Assembly (NCBI GenBank): GCA_050575255.1
Contig: JBNZDD010013660.1
Span: forward strand, 3,070,594 to 3,134,593
Direction: 5' to 3'
Length of the DNA: 64,000 bases
From: Harriotta raleighana
Lineage: Eukaryota
The notes under the pieces were generated by a model. The model saw nothing but the letters and a program-made list of their open reading frames with translations, was not told where the DNA came from and did no database searches. Positions 23,211-39,036 of this stretch are shown piece by piece. The translations under genes and the position numbers were made by a program. How positions within the stretch are numbered: position 1 is the first letter of the stretch; each line of letters starts with the position of its first letter.

Positions 23211-26200
23211 TCCTTAGATCCTTCGCCATCCACCTTTCTCCAGGTCGGAGACACAAATGTGAATTTTCTATTTTGTCCCCTGCCCAAATGATGGAAACTA
23301 CACTTCATTAGGCTCTGCTGGCAATGGGTAGACTACAAAGCAATGAAATGCACATCGTGCACTTTAATCTTGACCCCAACTCAATAAAGAGGAAATCCAT
23401 AGTGGCGAAATTAATATTTTGAAACAGGTTTGATAATTTTCAATGTGTTAGCTATTCAACTTGATATTAACCATCACATTTTCCATTGATTTCTAACGAT
23501 TGGAAACTCTGTGTAGTCTCCCCCTCTTCCTCCCCAACCTATCTTCAGCGCAACTGTTGGGTTTTCATATTTTGCTGTCATCTTCCATTGCCAAACAGAT
23601 TCATTATCCCCAACCCTGGAGACAGCGTGTGAGTACTACTTATAGGGTAGTGACATTCTATTTTTAACTGTACTGAAACACATTCAGGGTCAGTAATGAG
23701 AGCACTTCAATCAACATGAATGGATAAAAACACAATGTTTCATAACAGATTTAATAGCCCATTTGATAATGATCAAACTTGCTATGAAATCTTGAATGTG
23801 TCACACCTCGTTTGCCCATAAAATGCACAGATAATCCACTTTACAGTATGTCCTGTGAACTGCTTTGAGAGTTCTTGATGACGTGATAAAATGCTACATC
23901 AATGCCAAGTTATTATTTATTTTGGTAACTAACAAATCAATCAGCATCTGAAAGATAAAGGTGGCAGATAGACTTAGTGGAAGATCAGCACAGATATAAT
24001 GGGCGAATAAACATTAGCACAGGCATGATGGTCTGAATAATCTTCCATATAATAATAATCCCTACATTTGATAATGACATCTTTAATAATGGAAGGTTGT
24101 CTCAAAGCATTTCACAGAATTTACTGGAAAATATAATGACTGTATTTTCCCGTTGAACACAGGAGACATTTGCACAAAGGAATGTCCCATTAACAGTGCT
24201 ATAAATGCTGTATAAATCTATGAAAGGGTAAATCACCGGACAAATTGCTCCATTGGAACAAAGTATATTTTGGATATTCTTTTGAAGAGTCACATCCAAA
24301 ATCTTAATGTGCACCTCTCTGTTCAACCTGTGGTGATCCTCCAGAATTCAGGAGTTTCCTTATTATTTCAACATTGTGGCCAGGCACCTGAAAATCCACT
24401 TAGTCTTAGTCATTGATATCATATAGTCTTAAAATTTAAGGTGGCACCAAATTATCAAATTTAGTTTTTTTTCCTCAGCTCTTGAGAAGATCTGGCTTCC
24501 AAATTAAGACTGAATTTAAGAATTTTTCTACAATTTCGCACAATCTTAAATGTTAAGGCAAATATAACACAACTTTACATTTATATAGCACCTTTCATAT
24601 CATCAGGATGTCCTAAAGTGTTTAAATATAAGGTTTGGGTCACATTACTTTGTGATGGCAAAAGTATAATTGATATCAGCTAAAGTAACTTTCTAATTCA
24701 TTGTGAACTTTAAAAACTTCATTGCATGTAAAAAAAGGAAAAGTTGTTGCTTTCGTAACATTTTGCACCAAATAAATTTTGAATCTGATAAAAAAAAATG
24801 CCCCAAATGATTTCAATTTGAAAATAGCAGCAAGTGGCCTTCAGATCAACCTGGAAAGTAGAGCAAATAGATAGTACTGATCTGAGGCAAAATGAAGGAA
24901 GATCAAATACTTCATGGGTAGAGACATTGGCAAGCATGAAATAAGATTTTTTTTGACTGTAGTTTCAATTATAAAGATCCAAAATTTCACAACTCCCACT
25001 TTACTTATGTATTCAAGAGTGTTAACTCCTTCATTTCTCCTGCCTCCTAAGTTCACTTATAAAGACATACATTTTTACAGTCAAAAAAATTAGCGACTAA
25101 GTGTTTGACACCTTTTTCCTTCTACTGAGGTACAGTTTCATGCACACTATTTCCTTTCCTGTATCTCACTCAAGGGGCCATTACTAACAATATGTTTTGG
25201 CAGCCTATTGGATACTGGAGTACATCTGCAGCAGGGGTTGTTAGGCAGTGAGTGATCAGAAGCAGCCACCCTATCGCTGTTTCCCCCTCTTTACCTGGAG
25301 TGCTGGGACGTCCTCCTGACGTGAAAGGCGCTATACAAAGGTAATTTTGTGGTTGTTGCTGACTCTTTATCACTACCCAGATCAACTCGGTCAACTCACA
25401 CTCAGAACCTCTCTACAATTCAGAACATTCATTTATCAACAATCTTTATTGCACTTTTAGTTACAAAGTGCACACTTGCACACATCTCTAGTTCTGTCAA
25501 CTCGGAGAAAGCTACAATCAGAATATCTCTCTCACACACACATATTGTCCTATATAAATATATATATATATATGTGTGTGTGTGTCTGTGTAAAATATAC
25601 ATTTTAAACAGAAACTTCTCCATATAATGCCGTTACAGCAGCTCTGCAATCCAATGAACATAATTCACAAAATATAATGTCCACAGAGGGGTGGGCAGGG
25701 AATCAACACATTCTAACACGAGGAATACATCTATACCTATTAAGAAAGGGCAAGATGAGATCTAATAATGGCTAAGGATGTCTATCCATTTGACTGCACA
25801 AAACCAACATGGCCAGGCAGCACAAAGCATGTATTGTACAAAATAAAAATCAATAAAAATACGAGTTGGCAATTCTATGGCATAAATAAAAAACTGCACA
25901 CTCACCCCATGTTTGACAAGAGAATAAAACACCCATTGACGTCACCCACTCACTGCATTACTGCCTATGGGCTATAAAGATCAACTCAAACATTAAATGC
26001 TTTCAGGAATGCTTAAACAAACATGCAACATCTCTATTTACCAGTGGTTCAAAACTGCAACAATGTCAAATGCATTTACATGACCACCTGAGAGTACTTC
26101 ACTGCTCCAGATTCTGTGAGGACATGCAAAGAGAGACAATGGGATGTTCAGTTCATCCCTAGAGTATATCTACAGTCACAAATGGCCTATGAAAGTTTTA

Positions 26201-29200
26201 CTCGCAGGTGGAATAAACTGAGTGTTCTGAAGCTCTGCACTCTATTGTCTGTTTATACCACGCATACCATGTCAAGGTTTCATATACTATCATCCAACTC
26301 CAGCATATTGGAAGCAAAGAGCTTGGATAGTTTCAAATTAGCATTTTTACAAAAAGAAATTTAAACAAAGATGAGTTAAAAATGTAATTAGCAAATTCTC
26401 CCAATTTTCTGGGGAACATAGAAATGGATGGAAGTTCTTCAAGCCTGTCCTGCCATTTTGTTACATAATGTCATATTTAAGTGTTACTTAACAAGTTAAA
26501 ATACTGTTCTCTATTAAGTGATTCGCAACACTCCCCCATCTCATATATGCGTATGAATGGTATAAAGGACATTCATCAATTCTATCACTATTTTGGCATC
26601 ACTGACATTCTCAGTAGCAGCATAATTTTCTGCTGAAATCCCGGAAAGGTTGTCTTTTCAGTTAACATACAGAGCCACTTTCAAACAAAAATAAAATTCT
26701 GGTTTCCACTATAATTGATTTTTAAACAGGTAAATTCAGGATCATTAATAAAATAATAATCCTTGCATTTGATGTAGTGCTTTTCGCGTCTTCTAGACAT
26801 CTCAAAGCGCTTCACAGAATATACTGTAAGGTGAATTGATTGTATATTTGTGGGCGAATTGGTGGTCAGGTGAAATTTGCCAGACTGATAAGACAAGAAA
26901 GCAAATTAACTGAAGGAGTGGCACCAAAGTTAAAGGCATCTGATACAGTGCCATTGAGTTCCAATGCATAGACATGTTTTTATATGGAACACAAAATATG
27001 GGTAACATACTGATTTATGTACAGATAAGCAAGGTGCAATTCGACATATAGAATACCCTATGCTGATTCTTGAATGGCTGTTAAGGACTGAGTAACTAAA
27101 TGACGCTTCCTTAAAATACTACAGCTTATCCGTTGCCTCATTACCAGTTTGCCCTTCTTGAAAATACTTGCTCTGCACTGTGCCAAATATAATTAAAAAA
27201 TACAATTACAATGTTCAGGAGCAAGATTAAAAAGCTGTCCTATTTCATTAAGTTATACTTTAAAAAGGTGGGTCCCTATTTAAAGGAATAAAGAAGAAAA
27301 CAGCTCAAAGGTAAGTAATATTGTGCAAAAGTCTGATTTTAAAAAGTGTCATTTTTTTCTTTTTTTTCTTAGGTGTTGCATTCTTTAGTAGCTTGGGTAT
27401 TTTCTCTTTATAAGCATTGAAGTCTGGTTTTCTTTCAAGATCCATTATTTGATTGTCTTGTGCATTCAAAGTTCTTAAAATGTGAGTTTTGCTGTGCAGT
27501 GTTTAGTAGGCAACAGGATGTATTAGCTATTAATATGCAAAAGCATTCAGGTTGGGTACAAAGAAATATCCTTTTTTTGCCATAAAAATAATCAGTTATT
27601 AACCAATTGTTCAAAGGCCAAACCAATTTAATTTTTAGGAGAATATTTTTCCTCCAAAAGGAGCATATACTATTTATTCATCTATTACTTCTAAATCCAG
27701 GTAATTTCTATTTTCAACACCCTTCCTCTTTACCACAGTCTTCATCCTCCCTAAATTCTTCCAAGATCAAATGTACCAGAAAACTCAAGCTAACGCAAAT
27801 AGCTATGGAATAGTCAGTCATAGCAGATGGGTGCAAGTTGATTTGCGTTCTTTGCCATCTTATCATGTAAACCAAGGATGCCTTAATTTCTTGATCAACA
27901 TAACACTGACAGATTAATACTGAATCATTGAAAGCTCCTGGCTGAGGTTGCATTTCATCTAGAAATACGTATATATGGCGATGGTGGTGGGGTAACGTGG
28001 GGCATGGGGGTATTGTTGTTGTTGGTATGGTTCTCATCATGGGAGTTGGAACCAGCAGCATCTCTCAGATACCCTCTACATTACTGTTTGTGATGGATAC
28101 AATCATAGGGACACCACACAGTCATAGTTTATAATGTGTATTTACCAATTTATCACCAGTTTTAAAAAGGCACAGCATCATTCCCAGGCTGTTAACACTA
28201 TCTGCCAGTGTGTTAGTAACATGTACAGCAGCAGGGACTCAGAGCTGTGGAGAATCATTTATGAAAATGGAGCTGAAGTATAAGTTTTTGAGAAACACTG
28301 AATTATTTGAAAACTTTTTAACTTCAATAACAAAGGCTTAAATTCTTAACACTTTAGTGGTAGCCAAAAAGGAAACAAATATATATATTTTTAAAAAGGC
28401 TTTGACTCTCTCTTTAGGTCTCAGAATTCCTAAACACTGTAGGAATTAGATTTAGCACCAGACTAAATCTAGACTATTTAAAATGTCCAATAAAGATGGG
28501 TTTAGGAAATCCTGCCCAAGCCAACTATTTATTCTATTACTTTAGGTGATGTTTGAAATCATACAAGTGGTGAAAATCTTTTTATTTTCTTTGATAGAAA
28601 TGAAAGACCCAAAGCCCAGTAAACCCTCATTTAATTGTGCGTTCGTTAAAGTGCAGGGGACTGCCACAGTGGGTCAGTATCAGGCCACCCAGGTCAGATA
28701 TTGATCGAGTAAAATCATGTAATACAATAATGTACCTTAACTCAAATCCCAGAAGAATACTTGTGCAGTTTGAACATTGTGTTTCCCACTTAGTCTTGTG
28801 GTCAAACTGTGGGCAGGTTCTCGCTGTTGCTACTAGAAACTTGGTATTTGATAAATGCCACCAGTGACTGAAAAATAAAGTTTCAACTCATCACTTTTGG
28901 CTGGATGGAAATCCCAGCACCCAGAGGTAAATGGATACAATACAAAATTATATTTGGTTACTAAACTTCTGCATTTATCCTACGTTAACTATGTATGTGA
29001 ATTGCTGGTTTATTTGAGCATGTTGTATGTAAAACAATGTTTTACATATCATTGATGATTTGAGGTAAAAGCACTATTACGAGACCACTGAATGGTAAGA
29101 CTACACTTCTCAAATATTGGCTCACAGCTCTCAATGTTCTCTGAGCCCACAGACGTGTGCCGAATGAGATTAAGATTTCACATCCCTGTTCACCTTGCAA

Positions 29201-29550
29201 ACACTTTTGAAATTATCCTTCAGAGAAAAAAAAATCTAATTGGTTTGGCCTTCCATTATGGTGACTAAGTTCCATGCAAGAGAAAATTCATATGACACCT
29301 GGTGTTTGGAGTTCCTGACACAAAACAATATTCTACCATACTGTACATTTGGAAACTAACATTAACCACATACAGTCCACAAAATAAGCAAGAATGTGTC
29401 AAAAAGCTACGTCCACAAAATCACTAGTACCCGCATTAATGGAATGTTTCCACCATATCTAGGAAAAAGGTACCCTACGAAGTGCAATGAAGCATTGCTC
29501 AGTAGTGCTAATGTAGTTCACAGACAGCCAAGCTGCTCATACTCCCAATT

Positions 29551-29829
<279 letters not shown>

Positions 29830-30144
29830 TCAAATCAAACACATAAAACCATTATATACCATGTTAAAATAAGAACAGCCTGCCCTTTGTCAAATAACAG
29901 GCCAGAAATGGTATTACAACAACGTACATTTCTATGTCTATATCTTAAAGCACTTTACAAAGTAAGGATTGGTTGCTGAGCATGGGAGAGGGGAGAAGGG
30001 AGGTAGCCATAAGACGTATGTTTTAAGATGGAATTTAAACCTACAGAGTGGGTGAGAGAAAGGGGCAGGATGGAGGGAGATATGGAGTTTCAGAGTGCAG
30101 AATCTAAAGGCTCAGCCACTGATGGTGGCAAGGAGCGAGTAAGT

Positions 30145-30435
30145 GATAATAAATTGCATTTGCTATAGTGTTTTTCACATCTTCTAGATGTTTCAAAGGC
30201 TTCACAGAATACTCTGCAAAGTGAATTGACTATTTTTGTGGACGAAATGCAGCAGCTAATTGTACACAGCAGTGTCCCACAAACAGTAGTGAATTGAGTG
30301 ACAAAATTATTATTATTTCTTGAGGGATTATTATCATGGGTGTGGGAAAACTCGCCCAAGGTATTGACCTGCCAGGGATCAAACCCAGGTCTCTCACTTG
30401 TGAGGTGAGTGCTCTAACCACTGAGCTACAGGACT
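30145..30435 (-). mobile_element. tRNA-headed SINE (short variant)
   Basis: Reverse strand reads CCTGTAGCTCAGTGGTTAGAGCACTCACCTCACAAG head, then Deu core, then L2-like tail. Confidence 0.85.
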
Positions 30436-33400
30436 CCACTTCCATGAGCAGCAAGTGTTAATATTAACAAACTTAGAAAACAAATTCTGTTGTTGCAGAG
30501 AGAGCTGAGAAAGTGGAACTCAATGATAATCGTACATGGTGTTACCATTATGGCTTTTGGCGGTGGCAGCGTATCAGTTTATAGATTGTATCATATAACA
30601 GATAAAAGTACATTTGCAGAAAGTAAAATGATCAAATCTGCAAAACCGACTGTATTAAGCAATAGGAGGATTTATTTCTACAACAACAAGCACAGCACCC
30701 TTCATGCAGGGTTGCATTCCGGAGCACTTGGGACAGTGACTGAGCACATCTCCAAATTGGTGGGAGGTTGACCATAGGCATGGTGAAAGAGAAAGGCCTT
30801 CAGGCAAAACTTGAAGATGGAGAAGGATGGGCAAGTCGGGGGTTCTAAACAACAACAATAATATAGTTGTATGGCGCCTTTCATGTCAGGAGGATGTCCC
30901 AAGGTGCTGGACAGTCACTGTGTCAGACCCAAGCTGGGGACAGGGTGGGGAGGGAAGGGGGGGGATTACGAGTTGCCAATGGGACCATTGAAAAGGAGAG
31001 TTTTGAGGTGGGACTTGAAGGATTGTGCCTATGTTTGGGCGTCTGAATCATTCTGCCCTCATCAATAAAGAGTAGGTGACATGCTTAGAAGTAAAACTTC
31101 TAAGAATGGCCCCTCTGAACTGGAGCTTCGAGAGGTGCAAGCCAAGAGGGTAAATAATGATTGCTGTAATATTTTACAATTCTATGATTAAGGATGCATG
31201 GCAAATGCTGAAATCTGGTTGCTGATGTTAGGCTGTGGAGTTGGTTTGTGACATAAAACAAACCATATACAGAGCTGTGCATTCCTATAAGGTCAGGTAA
31301 ATCAGACAGCATTCCTTCATTAACGTTCAGACGAATCTAGTGGGATTACCCATTATAGTCGTGCATTGTCAAAGATGCGATGCTGAACGGAATTTTCATC
31401 CATGTAGATTTGAAGAGAGTACAGTTTCAACTTTGCTTGCTGTTCGTTTGTAATATTCAGCCATTAAGTAAGAAAGTAATTAGAATGCAAAGCCAACTCC
31501 AAGGAGCACGTGGATCAGTGGAAGGTTTAATGAGCGACTACCAGCAACTGAACAAATTACTGTAATTACAGATAGAAACACGAAATAACTACATAACATT
31601 AATTTCCTGGGAGGGATCAAAACAAAACTTAGTTGCTTGATAAAAAAGAACAAAGCTCCTCTTCTGAAAGGGTTGGTGTACTGTTCCATGGATGTTCTCA
31701 AGTGCTGGCCATTCTACAATGTGTTAGGCTAGATACTGAGTATTGACAGGCTTTGCGACTGTGGGAATATCACACCCCAGCCCACCTTACCACACACTTA
31801 ACAACAGGTGTCAATAGATAGTAATAGGAAACCTGGCTCATTTTTATCTCCTCATTAGGCCATGGTGATGAAAGCTAGCTGTAGCAGCCCCATGGTCTCC
31901 TGGCTGAAATATTCCAACTCAACACAGCTCAAGGATGAAACCTGAGATCTCCCTGACGTATGGCTCAGTTCTACACGCTGGTTAATTCATCATTAATAAA
32001 ATATCAACATAGTCTTTCATGTCAAGGAGTACCAGATCTTACATGATAGTATGGATCTCCATGCTACTGAAGAGTGGGAGATGAAAGAGATCAGCAAATT
32101 ACAGTAGCTTATGTCAATGCTTGGGCCAAGTGAGTGAGACTAACCTTGATGCTGATGCGGAGGGTAAGGGCATGGGCACTGCTCAATGCTGTTACTAGCA
32201 AATGATGGGCTATATGAAGTGACGATTCATGGCAACCAAGAAATGCTTGCAGGAAAAGGCCCATTCAAAAGGCAAATCAATATTCATGACCCATTCTCTC
32301 AGAACAGTGAACTTTTATTTTCACCAAATACTAGCCAAGATATTTTGATGTTAACCAACTTCAAGCAAGTTGTGGTGGATTTAGAGGAATGTAAATCACA
32401 CAGAATCTGGATAGCTTCTCCCCAATATTGAGAATTAGTGCTAAATGTGATTTGGTTGGATTCTTTAGGAAGCAGCATGGTGCAAGCTTATTTTGAACCT
32501 TCAAATCTTGTAATTTGATTCTTTTTTATCTTAGTTTCACGGCTTCGGTTACACATTATATTATTACGCAACACCGTCTTTTCCTCCAAGATTACTTAGG
32601 TGTTGAACAGTTTAAAAATCATTCTCTTATAGTATTACTATTTAGTGAGTTCACATTGTGCGCTGGCAGGAAAATGAATGGGGATGAGAGGGAAGCAGAG
32701 ATGTAAGTTTCCAAAATGCAAATTAAAAAAAAATTAATGGCATCCCACTTTTAGTGTTTCTTCATTTAAAACATAAAGTTGCTCAATGTTCCTTAATGTT
32801 AAGAATATCAATATTAAATATGTAACCCCTTGGATCCTTCAAGATCTGTCTCAAGATCCTCCTCTTCGATGTTTATTGTGATTCCTTGTCTTAGTTTCAC
32901 ATTCTGTGAAAAAGAGTTCTGCATTTTACAGGTCAATACAAATTTACATTTATATAGTAACCTTTCAGCACCTTGGGACATCCTCCCGGCATGAAAGGCA
33001 CTCTGCAAATATAATTTTGTAGTTTCACTTTTGATTCGCGTTTGCTTTTCATTTCATTGAATGTCATTTGAGGCATAAAAGTGACATCTTTGTGATTTAA
33101 TGATATTGCAGTTTAGTACATTATCTGGCTAGTGGCAGGTCACTCTGTCGGAAAAGCATGGATGGCTGATGTTAAGCAATACCTAAGAAAACCCAGAGGG
33201 TAAGGTAATAATAATGATCCTTGCATTTGGATGTACTCCGTATCACGTCTTCTAGACATCACAAAGAGCTTCACCCAATATACTGTAAAGTGAAATGACT
33301 GTACGCTTTGTGGTCGAAAACAAAGTGGCACACAATGCCAATCTTTGGCCATCTATGAAGGACAGAGGTGAACATTGTAACCTAAAATAGCGATGGCGTG

Positions 33401-34664
33401 TTGATCAAAACAAGTTGCTTTATTCGCCGATAGCAAGAATACTTGTGCTAATGTCAAACTGTGCATCTGAGTGAATGTGAAGTTTTAAACTCTGCAATGG
33501 TCCGTCCTACAGCCTCATCTGAATCTGCTATAAATAGAACTGATGCTGAAAGCTATTGCACTGTATAAACTCAGCCAATAGAGACTTTTTTTTTGCTTTC
33601 ATTCATCAGTTGATGGCATAAAATGCACCTACAGTGGAAAATAACCACATTATGGGTGGAGAGGGGGTAAGAGATCTGGCAAGCCAGAATTTCTGGCTGA
33701 GTGTAATTGCAATGCTGGTACCAACATTATAAATGCCAGTACCATCATTGCAATTGTTTGAATCCCGTAAGATAAACAGGATGCGTTCCTCTAAAGAGAT
33801 TGCGCATTCCAACTCGCGAGTAAAACTCTTCTGCTCACGGGATTCAAACATTCGGAGTCAAAGATGATATCCATGGCCAATGAGAAGGCTGCTTAGCGTG
33901 GCATGGCGCTAGGAGAATTAGCAGTCGGGAGTTTACACGACTCGTGGGAATTGTTTTTCGATGTTTCAGGTCTGGTTTGAATTCTGGATACCTGGAGTCC
34001 GGTACGGCATGAAGTTACTATGTTCAAAAACATTGTGTTTAAGACCATTTCAGAACTAAACTGGTCGTAATCCTCAGTGCACTGTTCTTCCTTTTTCATT
34101 CACATTGTTCTTGACTACTCCGCATCCCATGCACCATTGGAGCCAGGCAACCCAGCTTGAAGCCTGCCAATAGTTATGAGCTGGGCACCAGGAGGGGTGG
34201 AAAAGTGTAAGAGACTGTAGGAACCATCCAATTCTCTTGCTCTCCTTTCTGGAAAGCCCCAGGCCACATCATACAATGATGATGCAAGTTTGAAATACAT
34301 TCCAAATTGTAAATCTTTGAAGGTGTATAATTTTCCCCACAGACTCGTGATAGGGTATTGTACCACAGGTGTTGGTAAGCTTCCTGAACAATGACACTGT
34401 GTGTTGACAGAACTTATTTGATTGGGGGCAGCGTAATTGGTAGATGAGGGGTGTTGCATGCAAGCCTGACACTTGTACACAGGCACGATCCAATGGGATC
34501 ACAGAGACACAATGAAGCATCCCTCTTTTTCCTTGGGAGAGATAAGCTAACAAGAACAAATCAGGGGCCTGCTTGTTCTGTAACCAGACCGCATAGAGCA
34601 CCTACCTACTGAATAATAGGAAGAGCAAAGACTATAGTTTTAAAATGCATCTGCTACTTGTGGA

Positions 34665-35640
34665 GTCCTGTACCTTAGTGGTTAGAGGACTCGCCTCACA
34701 AGCAAGAGGATCCTGGTTTGAATCCTGGCCAGGTTGAAACGTTGGGCAAGTTTCCGTACTCCACATGCCTGTTTACCTAGCAGTAAGTAGGAACCTGGTT
34801 GTTAGTTGGTTGACGCATTGCTTTTCTGGGGATAGTAATCCCTCTATAAAAATATATATGTAATTTGGTCTCTCAATTCACCCGTGTTTGTATGAAACTG
34901 CTGGGCATAATTGGCTGCCGTGAAACTCTCATTCATGCCTTCATCACATCCAGGTTTGATTTCGCCAATGCCTTGCTTATCAGCCTTCCCAACTGCTTGC
35001 TCCATAAATTGCAGATCATCCAGAACACTACAGTCCATGCACTCTCCTGCACCAAGCTCCTTAATTCCATCTCCCCCATTCTCGCCTGATTCCCATTAAC
35101 TCCCCATCACCCAGAGGATTCAATTCAAGAGCCTGGTCCTCACCTTTAAAACCCTCCATGGCCTTGCCCCACCCTATCTCTGTGACCTCCTAACCCTCTA
35201 ACAACCTGCCCACTCCCTCCACTCAGTGAGCTCCGGCCTGCTCCATGTCCCCCGACCCACCAACCCCACCATCAACGGGCGAGCCTTCAGACACTCTGCC
35301 CCCAACCTCTGGAAATCTATCCCACAATTCCTCTGCCTCACCTCCTCCCTAGCCTCCTTCAAGTCCCACCTCAAGACTTTCCTCTTTGACGATCCCATTG
35401 GTCACCCTACCTCCTCCCGTCCCAATCCTGACCCCAGCTCAGGTCTAAAACACCAATTGTCCAGCACCTTGAGACGTCCCCCGATATGAAAGGCGCTATA
35501 CAAATGTAATTTTGTTGTCATTGTGTTCTGTCCACAAAATATAGTCAATTTACTTTACAGTGTATTCTATGAAGTGTTTTGAGACGTCTAGAAGAAATGA
35601 TAAGGCGCTACATCAAATTCAAGGATTATTATTATTACTT
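34665..35640 (+). mobile_element. Near full-length tRNA-headed SINE interrupted by an L2 fragment (about 34922-35520)
   Basis: SINE head at 34665; core breaks after AATTGGCTGCCGTG; L2 ORF2 (ETLIHAFITSRFDFANALL, APNLWKSIP) with its own tail; SINE tail resumes at about 35525. Confidence 0.88.
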
Positions 35641-35956
35641 GTCAAAATGTGAAGATTGTGCTAAAACAAATACTTTGAACCCAGAATGCCTGAACATCCT
35701 TTACAGCTTTCATGGAAAACAACACTTCAAAATTCTTGTGTTAATTGTTTTGTAATTAAAAAAATTCCACACAGGGAACACTTAAGTACATTTTAATTCT
35801 TTGCATCCTTCCCTTGAGAAGCCCAAATGAAAACTTTCAAGTGATTTAAAAGAAAGTGGTTACTATAAATCATACCACGTTGAGTTAACAGATTAGTTTG
35901 AGGCATTCAAAGCAAATTATTTTATATGATCACACATCTAAGAAAAGACATTGTAC

Positions 35957-36215
35957 CTGAAGACATCAAAAGCACAGCCTGGAGCAGAGCGACTTCACTG
36001 TCGTCCAAGTTGAATGCAGACAGAGATATTCCGAGATCAAAGATAGCATCAGATACTACACCAAGGCCTCCGTTTTTTAGCTGTTCCCTCTTGACAGCTA
36101 TCTCACCATTTAGCGTTAAAGTTTCACTCTCAGGGTCATAGCGGACAGCTGCCCTGAGGGACATGATTTCCATACAGCAGCCCTTCAGAAGGATTATCTG
36201 GTCTTCACATGGCAG
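35957..36215 (-). CDS. THRB: THRB LBD exon ([38 protein letters not shown]...QAVLLMSS)
   Basis: tctag| and |gtacaa, 259 nt, phase 0/1. Confidence 0.98.
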
Positions 36216-37049
36216 CTAGAAAACCAGCAGGGAGGAATCAGTGAACACCTTCAAACAACGGCTTTCACAAAGCAACATGATTAGTCATGGCGCACTGTTA
36301 ATTAACAAAGAGAAAATTAACAAAGTAAAATCGGCTGAAAATGCCAAACAATTAAGGGAGACATTGAGCTACATCTCACCACCTGTAGTGAACATTGAGC
36401 AAGTGTTTATATAATTAGTCACAAGGATACAGGTCTAAAAGCATGTTTTGGATGATGAAGAGATACCCATTGCCTTGCTCCTTCACTCCCTACATTGCAA
36501 TCTCACTCAAAAGTTTAGAGTGATTTAACTCCAAACCCTCAAATACTACCCCCCAACCATCCCCCCCACACCTCTTCCATTCATCCAAGCTTGGCGATCC
36601 CTATTTTTGGAAACTTGAGGCGAGATGTTCATCTTACATGAGAGACCCCATGTAAGTGCAAGTTGTTGTGCTATTCATACGATGAACAGAAGGATTGGTT
36701 ACTTATTTCCAGTTTCCGTCTCCTGAAGTTAATTGCAACTCATAAACAAATACTGTGCAAAGAATGAGGGAGATCATACCAAAGCTAGGTATTTAATATT
36801 TTACATTCTTTACACACCTATGAGAATTATACCAAATCATGTAACTTGTTGTCAAGACCTGGATGAGTGGAAACTTCCTGTAGTTGAATGTTCACAAGTC
36901 AGAAGCCGTACTTCGTGGCTACAATGAACATCTTCGCTCCTGCGGTTCTGAACTCCTCAACCGTCCCGGTCTGTCACTATGACTTACCAAACATGGGTGA
37001 AATTAACGTATCAGGCAAAATCCCCTGTCATTCCTACCCGAAATTCAGT

Positions 37050-37665
37050 CCCTGACCGGAACTGCTTTCTTCCACCCGAGTCACATTGCTGTCCTCTGAC
37101 TGTACCTCACACTCAACACAGCCAAAACCCTCGTCAATGCTTTTGGCACCTCATTGCTCTCCTTGTGGGTCTCCCCAGCTCCACTATCCATAAAACAACG
37201 AATGCAAAGCTCTGTTGCCAGCATACTCTAAACTCCAAACCCTGATCACACCAGTCCTTCCCAGGCTCCAATAGCTCCCTATTATAGAATGGATTGACTT
37301 CAAAAGCCTCATATGACTCCAAGTGCTACAAATGCCCTCTACCCATACACTTCCCTACCTCCCTGACCTGCTTATTCCCAATGCTACCACCCGCTGCCTC
37401 AGTTTGGCTGCCTCCGGTCAGTTTGTGCCTTGTCCCCTCTTCAATCGGCGGGCGTGCTTTCAGTCACTACACTCCAAGTTTTGGAACTCTCTACCCCCAA
37501 TTTCCCTATCCCGCCTTCCTCATTTTCAGATCATGCCGGAAGATCTTCCTCTTCGACCATGTTTAAGGCCACCTTGCCCCAGCTCGGGGTTAGGCTCCAC
37601 CTCTGTAAAGTGCTCTGAGATTCTCTCCTGTGTGAGGGATGCTATATAAGCACTAAATCTGGTTG
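37050..37665 (+). mobile_element. Degraded L2 LINE 3' fragment
   Basis: SSIGGRAFSHYTP and KFWNSLP motifs; tail GATGCTATATAAG. Confidence 0.75.
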
Positions 37666-37738
37666 GTGTCGACTGATTCCTCTCCGACTCCCACATGCCT
37701 GCTACAATATCTGAGGCTCACATTCATGACATCAATTA

Positions 37739-38116
<378 letters not shown>

Positions 38117-38830
38117 CTAAATGAAGTGTCTTTTTTGTTTGGTATTTTGTATCTTGAAAATAAATAATAATAAACTGATAAAGGATTTTTGTTTAACATT
38201 TGATCAGAAAAAACAGCACTTCTGAAAAAGCAGTGCTCCCCTGGAACTGGCACTAAACAATGTGAATTCAAAGTCACATTGTGGGGCTTGAACCCACAAC
38301 CATAGAATTTATAGGTGAGAGTGCGATGCACTGAGCCAGGCTGATACCTGGGAATAACACTAATGGGATCATTGTGTGATTTATTGAGAACAAAATTGCA
38401 TTTCTAAACAATGAATAGAGCAGACCCCCTAACACTACTAATAATAATCCTTGCATTTGATAAAACACGTTATTACATGTGATAGCCAATTGCGCATAGC
38501 AGTGTCTCAGAAACCGTTGTGGGTTGGGTGACCATATTTTTTTTAGGGTGGGGGGATGGTGGTCGGGTGTCAGCTAAACGTAGTTCAGACTGCAGATCAA
38601 ATCTGGGATCTTTCACTTTGTTTGGCTGAATTTCACTCTGGATAACGGGTTTGTGAGCTAACCGGCAAAAATAAAAGCAAGGAAGCATTCTTTCAAATTT
38701 CAAAAGCAGCGCAATGTTTTATGACTTTGTTCGTGGCTTATGAAAAAGCTTTTAGCAAGAAAACAAAACAAAGAACATGGCTAAATAAAAGTAAATGGGT
38801 TTAGTTTTTACTTGCCTTAAAAGAGCTTAC

Positions 38831-39036
38831 CAGAAATTTACGCTTCTGTTTCCAATGGTTTCCTTGGGCATTGGTTGCCACATGCGCCTCTGTTACGACT
38901 CTGATAAGTTCCCACTCCTCTTGTGAAGGCTCCGGTTTGGTTACAAGGTGTTTTATCACTTCCTCTTTGCGCCTCTTTTCTCGGTTTTCCTCTATTAGCT
39001 TGCGTTTCGCTAACCGTTTACCATCATCCAGCACCA
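38831..39036 (-). CDS. THRB: THRB hinge exon ([26 protein letters not shown]...WKQKRKFL)
   Basis: aatag| and |gtaagc, 206 nt, phase 1/0. Confidence 0.98.
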